A stretch of 64,000 nt of DNA from Felis catus. Its lineage: Eukaryota. The translations under genes were made by a program, and so were the position numbers. Below are positions 12,973 through 26,366 of the stretch, piece after piece. Where the stretch lies: assembly GCF_018350175.1 (NCBI RefSeq), contig NC_058368.1, positions 180,856,001 through 180,920,000 on the forward strand, written 5' to 3'. The notes beneath the pieces were generated by a model. The model was not told where the DNA came from. It ran no database searches and worked only from the letters and a program-made list of their open reading frames with translations. Position 1 is the first letter of the stretch; each line of letters opens with the position of its first letter.

Positions 12973-13394
12973 TAAACTATTCTACTGGAGGCATCTGAAG
13001 GTGAATTCACTAAGAGGAAAGTCACACTTCATTAGGTCTGAGTAGACTAAGGAATCCTAAGCAATGCTGTAACAAACGGCTCTTAGAAGATGACCCCGAT
13101 TAGCAGGAGGTGAGAGGCAGTCACATCCTTTGTTCACAAATCCCTTATCTCTGCAATCACTTTGTCCATAGTGAAAAGACTAAGTTAATGTTCTGACCTC
13201 ACTTACAATACTTAGGGTGATACTAGGTGCCCAAGAGATGCAAAACAAACAAACTATGGTACAGATTGCATGGACTGTTTGTGTGTGCTTTTCCAATTCA
13301 AATTCCTAAGGGATTTCCTAAGCTCAGGAGTTTAGGTATATCTGTTTCTCTACTTATCATTGTACCTGTATCTATCTATCTGCCTATTAATCAT

Positions 13395-13446
13395 TTTCTT
13401 TCTTCCTCCTTCCTTCCTCCCTCTCTCCTTCCCTCCATACCCTTTC

Positions 13447-13477
<31 letters not shown>

Positions 13478-13545
13478 CTTTTCTTTTCTTTTCTTTTCTT
13501 TTCTTTTCTTTTCTTTTCTTTTCTTTTTTCTTTTCTTTTCTTTCC
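13395..13545. repeat. (TTTTC)n microsatellite with CCTT-rich leader
   Basis: Long ttttc run at about 13443-13542. Confidence 0.97.
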
Positions 13546-14699
13546 CCTAAAATAAGGACCTTTGGACTAGGCAGCTCTCACAAATGTGGCAAAGAATATG
13601 GATGCCAACAAGGCAATTGCAGAAATATCCCATTACTGAGAAGAATGTGGTTTCTCCTTTTTCATTTCATTTAGGTTTTAAAGGTAATTCTGACCTGATA
13701 GGCAGATAAATCTGTATTCAACATCTCTTGAGAGAGATCATTGTAAATAGCATTCCTACCCGAATTCTTGAGACTTTATAGCAAGAAAGAAAGATGATGA
13801 ATGTAATCGGGAATGGAGTTTATAAATCTTTTCAAGACCTGATTTTTTTCCTACTTTTCGGAGCATCTGTATTACAACCAGATCTTTAGCTAATATTGTT
13901 CTTGTTCTGAAAAGCAAAGTTTATGAGAGTTGTCTTGACTGTGAGCACTTTGTAAGAGAAGGATGAGTCTCTGAATTCTGAGCAGAGGAAAAAAAAAAGG
14001 TACCACAGACTGTACTCGTTCAGCTAATGGCACAAATGAGACTTAAGAACCAAATGAAAGAGTAGAAATAGCGCAGGTCCTCATTGCTTGCTAAATTGGG
14101 GGAAAAATCCTACAAAGCTAAACTAAACCAGCTCATCAGTCAGTCCTTAGTCATATTCTAAAAGTGTGGATTAATCAGGAAGCGAGGGAAGAATGGAGCA
14201 GGGCCTCTGCCTCCCATTCTTTGAAGCACGCTAGAATGATGAGCCCAACATTATAAGCCTTTCTGCCATCAGAGACCAACCGAGTTAAGCTCATTTTGGG
14301 TGGTTATAAAGATTCATGCAGCAATTATTTAGAGGCTTGCACATCCACCCTTTAATCAGGCTGGGGAAATGCACATGCTGGCTATTTTCTGAATGTTTAG
14401 CAAGGAGGAAAAAGCAGGCATGATTCTAAAAGCAATTTCTCTCTAAACGCCTTGGAATTTACACTTCCCAGTTTCTATCCCTACACTCTTTGAGGTGAAA
14501 CAGAGAGCCATCTATAAAAGTATCCAGAAAGGTCCTGAGAGGTTGATATGGGGACTGGCTTTGCCTCCCAGCTCTGACTCCCTCTGACCTCAAACACCAC
14601 AAACGCAGCTTCAGTGATTGTCCCAGCGAGCAAGCTCTTTTCCTTCATGCCACTTCAGAACTTTCATTCTGTATCCAAGTGCCTTTCAATAAGGGCACA

Positions 14700-14830
14700 T
14701 TTTCACCTCAGTGTTGGACTTTAGATTGTAAATGTTTCTCTTCCTAGCGGACAGATTCGAGTTCAAGTCTCCTTTCTACTGCCCCCATAATCTAGCACCA
14801 GTTCAGAAATATTTACTGAATGAATCCATG
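14700..14830 (+). mobile_element. L2 3' end fragment
   Basis: 'tagattgtaaat...tctagcac...agaaatatttactgaatgaat'. Confidence 0.55.
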
Positions 14831-15483
14831 TATGAACAAATAGTAGATATCACATATTTTGGTCAGGGGCCACATATCTTCACCATGAATTTTCTTCCTT
14901 TTCTGCCTTCCATTCATAATCCATGGTTTGCAGATAAGACCCTTCCCCACCAGATTCCACCCTCATACCCAGTTATTCCCCCTACTCGAGTGAATTCAGA
15001 CACACCTGCATGCAGGCTCTGCATCAGCATTTCAAGATCTCCCCAGGTGCACCATGTTAATACTGCCATGCCTTCACACTTGCTGGTGGCTTTTCCTGAA
15101 AACCCACCTGCCAGCACCAGCTGACTACCGGTCATGATTTAGGATGCCAGGCAGGTGCCAGCTCCGTAGGAGAGTTTCATCAGTCCCAGCTCCAGCCCAG
15201 GCTGGGAGGGGCCTCGTTGTGCCCTTCTCTGCTCACCCGTGCTGTCACAAACTAGGTTACGGTCTCTCTGAGGCCATGTACCTGCTCTTAGTAATGGCTC
15301 ACTCCGTGTATATTGAATAATGTGTCTATAACTGTAGATTCTCGATAAATATTTGTGGGATCCAAATGAATTAGTTATATCATTTCAAGGCAGTAAAAAC
15401 TACCTGAAAGAGACTTCAGCTAGCTCCTTATGCCTCTAAAAACATTACAGAAAACATTAAACATTGATTGTCACCTTTTAAGC

Positions 15484-15666
15484 CAGTGGTTCTCAAAATT
15501 TCCCAGACCAGCAATATCAGATACCACCATAGAACAGGTTAGAAATACAAAATTTCAAGTCCTGCCACCTCAGAACTCTTGAATCAAAAATTCTGATATA
15601 GGGCCTAGAAATTTGTATTTTACCAGCTGTCAAGGTGATTCTAGTGCTTGCTGGCAAGAACATCTG
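15484..15666 (+). mobile_element. MER5A hAT MITE
   Basis: 'cagtggttctcaaa...gttagaaatacaaaatt...ggtgattctagtgc'. Confidence 0.8.
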
Positions 15667-15869
15667 TTTTAATTAATTACAAGCAATATTTGGGGAACAT
15701 CAACTTCAAATCTTAGGTCCATTAAAATCCTAGGTCCTATGCTTGCTTTGATGGTTAGACTGATTTGGTCAAGTCAGCCAAATTCCGTGAGGTTTACTTT
15801 CTTCATCAATATAAAGCAAAGGGACCCAAGGCTAGTGACCAAAATGCCTACAGTAAATGTTTAGCAGAT

Positions 15870-16095
15870 GTCAGTTCCTAAGTTATTGTTTCCCAAAACA
15901 TATGCCATCAAAGATTCATCCCAAAAATATTGAAGAAGAGGAGGAACAACAATGCTGCCTGGTCAAATAACTGAGAAGTAAGGCATCTATTCATGTCTTG
16001 GAGATTCTCAGTTCACCTAAGCATATTAAAGACTCTGAGAAGACTTACAACTTTCTTCAAAACTTTGATCCAGTCTTTTCCAAGCTTTTTCTATT
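15870..16095. mobile_element. hAT-Charlie MITE remnant (MER103-like, tentative)
   Basis: 'agcatattaaagactctgagaag' matches a recalled consensus. Confidence 0.45.
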
Positions 16096-16131
16096 TGTTT
16101 TCTTTCTCTCTCCCCTCCCTCACTTCCATTT

Positions 16132-16335
16132 AAAAAGATTTTTTAAAAATGTTTATTTATTTTTGAGAGAGAGGTGGGGGAGGGGCAGAGAGAGAGGGAG
16201 ACACAGAATCTGAAGCAGGCTCCAGGCTCTGAGCTGTCAGTAGAGAGTGTCACAAGGGGCTCAAATTCACAAATAGTGAGATCATGATCTGAGCAGAAGT
16301 TGGAAGCTTAACCAACTGAGCCACCCAGGCTCCCC
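16132..16335 (-). mobile_element. SINEC (feliform type)
   Basis: 'gagacacagaatctgaagcaggctccaggctctgagctgtcag...actgagccacccaggc'; imperfect TSD tccctcacttccattt / tccctcccttcctttt. Confidence 0.96.
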
Positions 16336-16581
16336 TCCCTCCCTTCCTTTTTATTGGGGGAGGGGAGCATGCCCGCAGAGTATGTGCATGGGTAGCAGTG
16401 AGTAAGAGGCAAAAGCTTAGTTTCTGGTTATTTAGGAGGACAAAACAAACAGAACATTTCTACCCTGGATTTGCATTTTACATTGTTTGCTTTTTTATTG
16501 GAATTTTGGAAAAAGAATGACCTCAAGAATTTTTTAGTGACATACTGAATGTTTAGAAAATATGAATTATTGTTTGGCAAT

Positions 16582-16960
16582 CACCCAACAAACACTTATT
16601 GAATACATACTAAATGTCAGGTGCTCTCTTGGGTGTTGAGCATACAGAAAGAGGGGAAAGAACAAATCTGGATCAGAAAGGCCTGTATGAAGAGATGATA
16701 TTTGAGCCAAGTTAATGAACAAGTCAGTCATGGGGAGATAAGGGGAAAGATCTAGGCATATGGAACAGGAAGAGGAAGGCTGTCAAAAGAAAAAACTTGG
16801 TGCTTTTGAAGAATGCAAAAAAAAAAGTCTAGTGTTGTTGCAGAGTGGAAAGTATAAAGAATAGAAATATAAAAAGTTATGAGTGTTAGGCTGGCCAAAT
16901 CACATCACATTAGCCCAAGCATATGGTCTGGCTTTATTCTAAGTGCAGTGAAAAACATCT
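16582..16960 (-). mobile_element. L2 fragment
   Basis: 'caacaaacacttattgaatacatactaaatgtcaggtgct' to 'ggctttattctaagtgcagtg'. Confidence 0.75.
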
Positions 16961-17149
16961 TTTTACTAAATATGCTGCTTTGGCCTAATTTTTAGGCATG
17001 AGAATCTTGCCCTATATTCTTGATCTTCACTGGTGAAACTCAGAAACTTCAAACACCAGGAAAACCATATTTTTTCTCTCCATCCACCCCATCCACTCAC
17101 CTATCTCCTCAACCCTTCCTCCACCCCTCCCAAGAGTCACCTCTGGCTT

Positions 17150-17290
17150 CCAACATGCCAGGCACTATGCTTAATAGGTAGCAAACGTATAAAGGTAAGT
17201 AAGACAAAGCTTCCATTCTCAAGGAATTGATCATCTAATAAAATACTTACAACGTGAAAGAGGCCTGGTAGAGGTATAAATGATTGCATT
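17150..17290 (-). mobile_element. L2 fragment
   Basis: 'atgccaggcactatgct...gtaagtaagacaaagcttccattctcaaggaatt'. Confidence 0.65.
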
Positions 17291-18364
17291 GAACTACCTT
17301 GCCATATTTCCCAGAGAGTCAATACGCATACTGGGGCTAAATCTTTGGGTGGAATGAAACAGCACAGACTCTGATTACTTACTACGTACAATGTGTTATT
17401 TGACCATCTTCAAAAGCATGAGAAGCATCATTCTTTGGGTCCTGAACTTGCATAGAGCACAGAAACTAGAGTAATAAGAATTCAAAGCTGACACATCAAA
17501 CTTAGTTCCTCTGTCACCCCTAAGACCTAATCTTCCTTAGGGGTTGGATCCCGTACTTGAATGATTGTCCCACTACATAGTTTTAAAAGCCTTGGAAATT
17601 ATTTCCTTCTTTATTTCATTAACCAATGTCTTTTCCCCTCTAACACTTTCTTGAAATGCCTCTTATAAAACTTTTTCTGTTTCCTGTGGCAAAGGAAAGG
17701 AAGAAAAATAGTAGCAACGAAGCATATGCTAAGGTAATTTAAGAGTTGTGATAAGCCAAAAGGAAAGATAAACAGCCTCCAGAAACCCACAAAGTTAAAG
17801 AGGTTGTTCCTTTATAAAAAAGTCTAATTGGACACAGCAGGGGTCTTGATCAGTGTGCCTAGTTGTTTTATGGGCAGAATTTTCTACTACAATGTAGGAA
17901 GTTAAAGTGTGTATTCAACTTCTCTGAAATTGCTTTTCTCATATCCATCATTCAACCTTAAACTGGTATGAGCAATTGTGGAATGGGTAGGATCATGGAA
18001 ATGTATGTATAAACACTACTCTTGAGGTATGTAATGACCATACAGTTTGGTATGCCAACTCTGGAATCTGCCAACTCTTTGGCTTGAGCAGCTCCTCAGT
18101 TATTGTCTCATTTTGAATTTCTCTTGTGATTTCTATAGTCCGTGAATTCTGAGTAGCCCAACCCCAACTGTTTACAGGAGGTGCCGATGCACCGTAAAAA
18201 GGCAACAAGGGAAAAAGAAGCCCAGTGAAGAGACGACGCTCTACCTCTGTATAGCCTCCAGAGGAATCTCTGAGTTAATGTCAGGTTTAATAAGGGAAGC
18301 TGGACAAAGATTCTAAGTTCTCTAGGGGAGGGTGCTTGATTCTACTGTCCATGTAGTATGCCAT

Positions 18365-18570
18365 TACTATTAATAAACAATAACGGTAACTTGGCATGCC
18401 TGCTTCTCACTGTGCAAAGGAGAGACTATTTTTTTCTACACATTATCTTCAAGTATAATTATCCCTGTGTTATAAATGGTGAAACTAAAACACAGAGAAG
18501 TTAATTAAAGAACTTGCCCAAGGTAACAATAGTCCAAATGGGAAAGGGAATAAGGCATAGACTTTGGAAC
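18365..18570 (-). mobile_element. MIR
   Basis: 'gaaactaaaacacagagaagttaa...aacttgcccaaggtaaca'. Confidence 0.8.
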
Positions 18571-19669
18571 TCGTAAGAGAGGGTTTTTCAGAACTGTAAT
18601 GGAGGCAAAATAAGCCCATGGACTCCCACTTTTCCCTGCCTAGGAAATAGTTTTTGAAGTCTTTTTCTGGTCTTGCCCTCTGAAACAATAGGTTTTGAAA
18701 AGAGACACACCCTCATCCCTAAGTAGCTGCACAATGGATTCTGGATGGCACCTGCTGTGCCATGTAAGCTCTTTCCATGTGATCTCTGCTTTGGTTCAGT
18801 ACCCTGACAACAGGGCGTGCTGCTGTACTACTGGTTCTCCACCTCAGGAAAGAAAGTCACTCCTGCATAGAGACCCTTGCAAATCCTGGATGCATTGCAA
18901 CATGGGGTGTTTTTTAGATCAACCTAATTCGATCCAGGTTGTTCAGAACATGCAACTCGGCATGAATATGGGTATATATATTCTGTACATGTACAAGGAA
19001 CTGCAGTTAGCTTATATTAATATATGCACCTTATTTCCTCCATCTCGGAAAAGAGAGTTTTTCACATTTAATGTTCCTGAAATTAGGACTTTACAATTAT
19101 TGTTCACTTTTAAAGTAGCATTTATTTTTTTCTCCCATGGAATGCTGTAATTCAGTCTATAGTGTGTTTACCATCAATGCCATTTATAATCAAGAATATA
19201 TCATATTTATTTGTTTCTATCACAAGCCCCTTTCACTAAAGGATTTGTGGAATCTTAGAACAAAATACAACGACATATAAATAGAATTTACTCAGCACAG
19301 GAAGTCTCACTTTGTAAAAGTCTGAATCTTTTCCAAAGCAGGCTAGAGTAAAGTCAAACCATAGAAGCCTCTGGGTTATTTTGAAAAAGGAATCTCAAAC
19401 TGATCTTATGCTGCTATGAGAACATGGGCAAGTTAGGGCCAGCAGAGTCTCAGAGTTTCACAACTCATCAGTGTCAGACAGATTGCCAGAAGGAAGCCAG
19501 GGGAGCTGGCTCTGGTGTGACGATAGCCCTTTAAACCCAAGCAATGCCCAGCACCTATGACACAATGGACATACTGAGGATATTTAATCAAGATGTGCTG
19601 ACAGTCCATGGCTAACATCAGAACCAGAGGTGAGGCAATCTTCCACACTGCATACTCCCATATCAAAAA

Positions 19670-19698
19670 TAACAACAACAACAACAACAACAACAAAA
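19670..19698. repeat. (AAC)n microsatellite
   Basis: aacaacaacaacaacaacaacaacaaaa. Confidence 0.95.
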
Positions 19699-20469
19699 AT
19701 ACTTGATTTTGAATTCTTCTCCTTCTAGCTCCTCAGCAGTGACCTTAGCAGACCAGCATAAAACTCAGCTATGTTATAAAGATATTTGGTCCAGGCTCCC
19801 CAAACTCACCTAACCTTTTCATGACCCATGTGAGCTTTTCTTCCTATGTACTTGTTAAGTCCACCTAGAGAAGTATAGAAAGTCAGAGTAACTGTGCAAA
19901 GGAAACAAAGAATTTGTCCATTAGGAGTTATGATCTTACTTGGTAAATACATTAAACTCATCACTGAGAATAGAGGTTAGATAGAAGAAACTGAATGCAG
20001 GTGAGAAAGCTACTGGTAGCTTAGGGGAAACCAAGGGAAATCAATTACAAAAGTAAGAGCATATTTAGAGAGTAGTATAAGTCTAGGGTGGAAGAAGTTT
20101 ATTAGTTCAGTGTGTTAAAACAAATCAGTGGTTTCAAACACATATATGCATGTCTTCATGTAACACAAAATGAGAAAACAAACTATGACTTAATATATGT
20201 GAAAAGATAGACAAAGCCCTATAACACATTGAGTACCTGGGGGAAAATAATAGAAGGAAACCATGGTGGCGGGAAGTTTGAGTCCATCAGAGATGAAACA
20301 CTGTCCACTGACAAGGTACTGGAGTTTTCTGATCCTCAAATGTCTTATCTGGTAAGTAGGGATATTAGTACCCTTTGTATGTACCTCATCACATAGTAGT
20401 AATGTCGGTTTTAAATAGATACTGCACATGACAGGTCTCATCACCACCATCAAAGTAAATAAGCTAGAT

Positions 20470-20750
20470 AACTGAAACTACAAGTTCAAATATCTACAGA
20501 GGCCAAGGAAATCACAGAAAAGAGTAAATGGAAAATACCTGCTCCATCTAAAAGGGACATCCTCTGTTTGGCTTAATTTATTTGTGGCTGTGATATAATG
20601 GAAGAGGTACTACATTTGTTGTTATTTCAAAAAAGAATTAAGACTACTCACATAAGATATCCTGATTTTCAATGTGGTCGCCTAAATAAAAATACTTAAA
20701 AAAAATACCAGCAAAAACAAATGCAAGTAGCTTTGTAAGCTCATTTGCCC
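20470..20750. mobile_element. hAT-Charlie MITE remnant (MER102-like, tentative)
   Basis: 'tcaaatatctacagaggccaagg' and 'acctgctccatctaaaaggg' resemble a recalled consensus. Confidence 0.4.
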
Positions 20751-21047
20751 ATTACCTCTGAAATAATGTATACGAGCTTGTTCCTTGAAATAGAAAATGT
20801 TATACTGACATAAGCGATGATTATTATTTAATATCATATGACCATTATCATCAATCCAGAGGGGCAATGGTTTTAGTTTCCTATCTTTGGGTGGGAAAAA
20901 TTGTTTCTGAGCTTTTAAAGAGAGCTGACACACTGGGTGACACAAGACATCTTTGGAAATGGAGTAAATGTATTATGATTAGTTCTTGTTCTTTTCTTAG
21001 ACTTGTGATATTTGAAAGAAAATATCTGGCCCCAGTTCTCCCAATAC

Positions 21048-22692
21048 TATAAAGGTATATCATGTTCATGAACTGGAGGTATATTGTTAAAATGTCCACA
21101 AAATGTCCCAAAGCAATGTACAGATTCAATGCAATCCTCATCAAAGTACCAATGGCATTTTTCTCAGAACTAGAAAAAAGAATCCTAAAATATTTATAGA
21201 ACCACAGAAGACTCTCAATAGCCCAAGCAGTCTTGAGAAAGAACAAAACTAGAGGTATCACACTTCTTAATTTCAAACTATACTATAAAGCTCCAGTAAT
21301 CAAAACAGTATGTTACTGGCACAAAACCAGACACGTGGCTCAATAGAACAGAATAGACAGCCCAGAAATAAACCCATGCATATATGGTCAATTAATCTAT
21401 GACAAAGGAGGGAGAAAGATACAATGGGGAAAAGACAGTATCTTCAAAAAATGGTGCTGGGAAAACTAGACAGCTGCACACATACAAATGAAACTGGACC
21501 ACTCTCTTACACTATATATAAAAATAAATTCAAAATGGATTAAAGACTTGAATATAAGACCCAAAACCATAAAACTTCTAGAAGAAAACAGACAGCAAGC
21601 TCTTTGACTTGTCTTTTAGCAATATTTTTTGGACCAGTCTTCTTAGGCAAGAGCAACAAAAGTTAAAATAAACAAATGAGATTAAATCAAATGAAAAAGC
21701 TTTTGTACAATGGTAAAAAAAAGTACAACAAATGAAAGAGCAACCTATTGAGTGGAAGAAGATTTTTCAAATCATCTGGTAAGAACTTAACATGACTTAA
21801 TATCAATACAAAACAAAACACTAAATGAACAACCCAATTAAAAAGTAGAATACTTGAATAGATCTTTCTTCCAAAGAAGACCTACAAAAGGCCAACAGGC
21901 ACAGGAAAAAATGCTCAACATCAAAACCACAAGGAGATATCACCTCACATCTGTTAGAACAGCTATTAGAAAAAGACAATAACAAGTGTTGGTGAGGATG
22001 TGAAGAAATAGGAACCCTCATGCACTATTGGTGGAAATGCAAATTGGTGTAGCCACGGTGGAAAACAGTATGGAGGTTCCTTAAGAAGTTAAAAAAAGAA
22101 CTAACATAAAATCCAGCAACTCCACTTTTGAGTATTTATCCAAAAGAAAATGAAAACACCAATTTGAAGAGACATATGTTCATTGTAACATTTACAACAG
22201 CCAAGATGTGGAAGCAACCTAAGTGTTCACTGATAGATGAATGGATAAAGAAGATGTGGACAATGAAATATTATTCAGCCATAAAAAAAAAGGAAATCAT
22301 GCCATCTGTAACAATATGGGTCGGCCTAGAGAGTATCACGTGAAATAAGTCAGAGAAAGACAAATACTGTATGATTTCACTTATATGTGGAACCTAAAAA
22401 CACAAGGAAACAGAAACAGAGTTGGATACAGGAAACAAACTTTTGGGGAGAGGAACAAAATAGATGCAGGGGATTAGGAGATACAAACTTCCTGTTATAA
22501 GATAAGTCATGGCCTATAACGTACAGCACAGGGAATACAGTCACTAACATTTTAATAACTTTGTATGGTGACAGATGGTAACTACACAGATCGTGGGAAT
22601 CGTTTTGTAATGTATAAAAATATCAAATCACTATGATGTACACCTAAAACTAATAGGATATTACATATGAATTACACTTCAATAAAAATAAA
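21048..22692 (+). mobile_element. 5'-truncated L1 (L1MA9/L1_Carn-like): decayed ORF2 C-terminus, 3' UTR and A tail
   Basis: 'tacagattcaatgcaatcc' and 'aatggtgctgggaaaact'; ORF 22128-22343 reads WKQPKCS..DEWIKKMW..YYSAIKK, matching the L1 ORF2 C-terminus; ends 'cttcaataaaaataaa'; many frameshifts. Confidence 0.97.
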
Positions 22693-24394
22693 TTATCCTA
22701 ACATGACAGAAGAAATAATGAAGGGCCCAAAAAGACAGGTGACATGGTGAGTTCTCAGTAAAATTAGGATTCAGATTGGATTCTCTGGCCCCCACTGTTA
22801 CCAGGGCCCTTTTCTTTTTTACCATGACTTTCCTTTTTTGTTTCACAGATTCTTTTTATCTTCTGAACCCTTTCAGCAATTTGAGATCAATAAAGAGAGG
22901 CAGAAAGGGCCAAGTCTGCCCAGTGTAATATGACTTTTTTCCCTCCCTGTGAATTATTTTCACAACCAATCGTCAGTCTCTTAAATTCTAACTAGTTTTC
23001 AGTTTTCAAGAGATGGTAAAGAAATCATAATACTAGCATCCTAATATTTAAATAAGTGGTGTCCCATCCTATCTCTTTGCATTTTTTTAAAGCAAATTGC
23101 TTGACCCGAGTGAGAAGAACATGAGAAGAACCTACATAGAAATAGGTGTGGGGTCATAAGCTGGTGAAGACCACTGCTCCTTATTGCAGCAACAAAACCT
23201 CTGATACAAATGTGTCAAAGACAGCAGTTACTGCAGAAAGAGTAATGTGTAAACCGGTATCTTAAGCAGGCATAGTGGAAGGGGTGGGTGGGTAATGGTG
23301 AGATGCCCCAAGGAGATGGAAAAGGTCACTGAGATGAAAATAAGCTTGGGAACTTGGAAAGAGTGCTCCATTACCACAGATGGGAAGAAAACACAGTGTC
23401 CAGTCATATGGAACAGAATGAAATGCGATTCCAGTCAAGTGTGAATGCCACTGAATGCATTGTAGAACTATTTGGGGAGCTGGAAGGAAGGAATATGAGT
23501 CCTGTCCCCACCCCTCAGTCCACAGTTGGACATCAACACAATTCAAAAGCAGGAATTTGTAAGATCATCACTTAGATGAATGAATCTTTGTAAATCCTAA
23601 GTGAGGATGAGGGGTGGGAAGATGTGATAAAGAAAAATTGGTGGTCTTTCTGCATAGGGGCATGGACTATTCTGCTGAGGTGTTAAAAAGATGTTACACC
23701 ATTAGCTGAGTTTATTTATTTATTTTTAAAGTTTAAGCAAGGAGACGCAAAGTCGGCCTTTGGAGTGGAAAGGCGCAGGATGGGGGAACAGGAATGACAG
23801 ATCACTGCCTTTATTGTTAGCTTCCCATGGTTGAATGTTCACTGATGGAACTGGTTCAACTCCAAGATGCTGTCTTAGAAACAATTATTGTTTTCCACTA
23901 AAATACAACTGTAGCAGAAAACATTAATTTAAGTGATAACTGTCCAAATTCTTCAATATCAAGAATGCGTGTATCCTCTCATCTTTGGATTTACAAGCCA
24001 AGAAATACGGACAATAAGCAACAGAAATCATAAAACAAAAGATTTGACAGAAGATGACAAAAGAGAGTGCTGGCATTGGCTTGAGGGGAATCAGAGAAAA
24101 GCTGGTATTGGAATTCTAAAGTGCCACACAGAATAGTTTTCCCATACCTTATTAGTTTATTCAGATTCTAGAGTTTGAGTATTAACTGTATTTGCTTTCC
24201 TTACTGACTTTTGGTTTTCTGTGCCAACCTTGCTGTACTATGCCATCAACCAGAAATGCCTTCTTCATTCTTTACCTCTTCTACTACAGAATGAGGAAAA
24301 CAGCTTGGGAGCCAGGGTCTATCCCCACTACTTTCTTGGACCATTCTTTAGAAATTGAAAATATCCTCTGCCTACCTTTCCTCCATCCTTTGAC

Positions 24395-25680
24395 TTCACT
24401 CACTATTTGTTGTTCTTTCACAATGTTGTTTACTGAGAGTCTGCTATGGGCCAGAACCTGTGCTAACTAAACACATAGAGTAAGTAAAACAGAACACAGG
24501 GAGATTTGGTTCTTGTCTTCCAGGAGCTTTAATCTAAAACTGAATGTAGTCAAACAGCACAAGGAGTTCAATAAGAGAGAGACATGGGAAGGGAGATTAA
24601 CCCAGACTAGGAGGGTCAGAAAGGTTTCTTGGAGAGAAGACCACCATGTGCAAAAATTCAAAGTCACAGCTGTGGCATATTCATGGAGTGGGGTGAATGA
24701 TGAGAGATGGGGGCAGGGAGGGAGACAGAGCCTTTTACAATAGGCTTAGAGGTATAGACTATAACCAGGGAACAAGGGGATACCACAGAAGAGTTTCAAG
24801 CAGCAGAGAGACTTGTTTACACATGCATTTTACAGAGATTCTGCAGATAGAATTGTGAACTGGATTAACAGAAAGACAGACTAAAAGAAAGAAGGATCAA
24901 TTAGAACCATTTATATCCCTGGGCCAAAGATAATATTAATTTGAGCTACGGGAGTAGCAGCAGGGATAGAAAAATATCTGAGTCAAAAATGATAGGGTTT
25001 GGCAATTTATTTTCGGTAGAATTGAGGGAAAGATGCCTTCTAGGTTTCTGACTTGAGCAAATGATTGGATGATGGGGCATGCACTGAGATAAAGGAGACC
25101 AGAGAAGGATCAGATGGAGGAACATGTTTGGGTTTAAATGTTAAGTTTCATTCCAGAACTGGAATTGACATTTGAATTGTCTACTGGACATCCTAGCGGA
25201 AATATCCAGGGCATTTAGATACGTTAGGTAAAAGATTTGACCTGGAAAAAGGGATAGCAGGGCCATAAAGTCATAACCAGCAATTTAAATTTTGAATGTG
25301 AATGATCTCCCCATGGGAGAGTGTGTAAAAAGTAAAAGAAAAAGGGCCTGGGTTTTAACTTGCAAATGCTTTGGCATTTAAGGGATAAACAGAGAAAAGG
25401 TATTCATAGGAAGACAGAAGTGGTCAGAAACAAAGGAAAGAGGAAGAGAAGTATGTAGAACCAGAGATGCCAAAGGAAAGGGCAGTTAAGGAGGAAGAAC
25501 AGTCACAAACTGTGAGATCTGATTAGAAATGTTTACTAAATTTAGCAAATAGGAGGGTCTGGTGAGTGTAGTAGAAGTAGTTAATAACTAAGCAAAAATA
25601 ACAGGTCTCAGAATAGGTGGGAAGTGAGAATAGAGTGAGAGAGGATAGAAAACACTTCCTAGAAATTTTTCACAGAGAGA
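24395..25680 (-). mobile_element. Long L2 fragment
   Basis: 'tttactgagagtctgctatgggccag', 'aggtttctgacttgagcaaatgattggatgatg' and 'ggacatcctagcggaaatatccag'. Confidence 0.8.
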
Positions 25681-25905
25681 AATAATTCCCTACATATTTA
25701 AATCCTGTTGGCAAAGATCCTCCAGGGAGGGGATACTACAGGAAGAAGGTGAGATCAGATGGGATCTAGAACACAGGGGTGGGGGGGGGGGGGAAGACGA
25801 CTATGATGGTTTCCCATTGTGGCAGAAATAAGATAGGAGGCTTTGAGCTCTATACCCATAAACAACATCTAGCAGCTCTGTCTTGCTTCCTATTCAACTG
25901 GATGC

Positions 25906-26366
25906 TGATGTGTGTTGAATTGTGCCCCTGAAAAGATATGTTGAAGTCCTAACCCTTGGTATCAGTGAATGTGATCTTATTTGGAAACAGGATCTTCACA
26001 GATGTAATTAAGTCATCTTAATTATACTGAGTAAGAGTGAGACCTAAATCCAATCACTGATATCCTTAAAAAGGGGGATTTGGAGACCCAGAGATACACA
26101 CAGTTAAGAAGATGACCATGGAAAGATGGAGGCAGAAATTAGAGTTACATTGCTACAACCAAGGAATGCCAAGTGTTGCTGGCAACTATTGGTAGCCAGG
26201 AGAGGGAAGGAATGGTTTTCCCCAAGAGCCTTTAGAGGGAGCGTGTATCAACCAACACCATGATTTTGGACTTCTGTCCTCTAGAACTGTGAGAGAGTAA
26301 GTTTCTATTGTTTTAAACCACCCAGTTTGAGGTGCCATCTAACAGTAGGTATAGGAAACTAATACA
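25906..26366 (+). mobile_element. MaLR solo LTR (MLT1B/C-like)
   Basis: Starts 'tg..ttgaattgtgcccc..aaaagatatgttgaagtcctaaccc', contains 'agaactgtgagagagtaagtttctattgttttaa', ends 'ggaaactaataca'. Confidence 0.93.

Noticed and set aside
20881..22343. ORFs 20881-21276(-), 21821-22021(-) and 22128-22343(+) as proteins
   Set aside because: They are sense and antisense readings of a frameshifted, truncated L1 ORF2 relic
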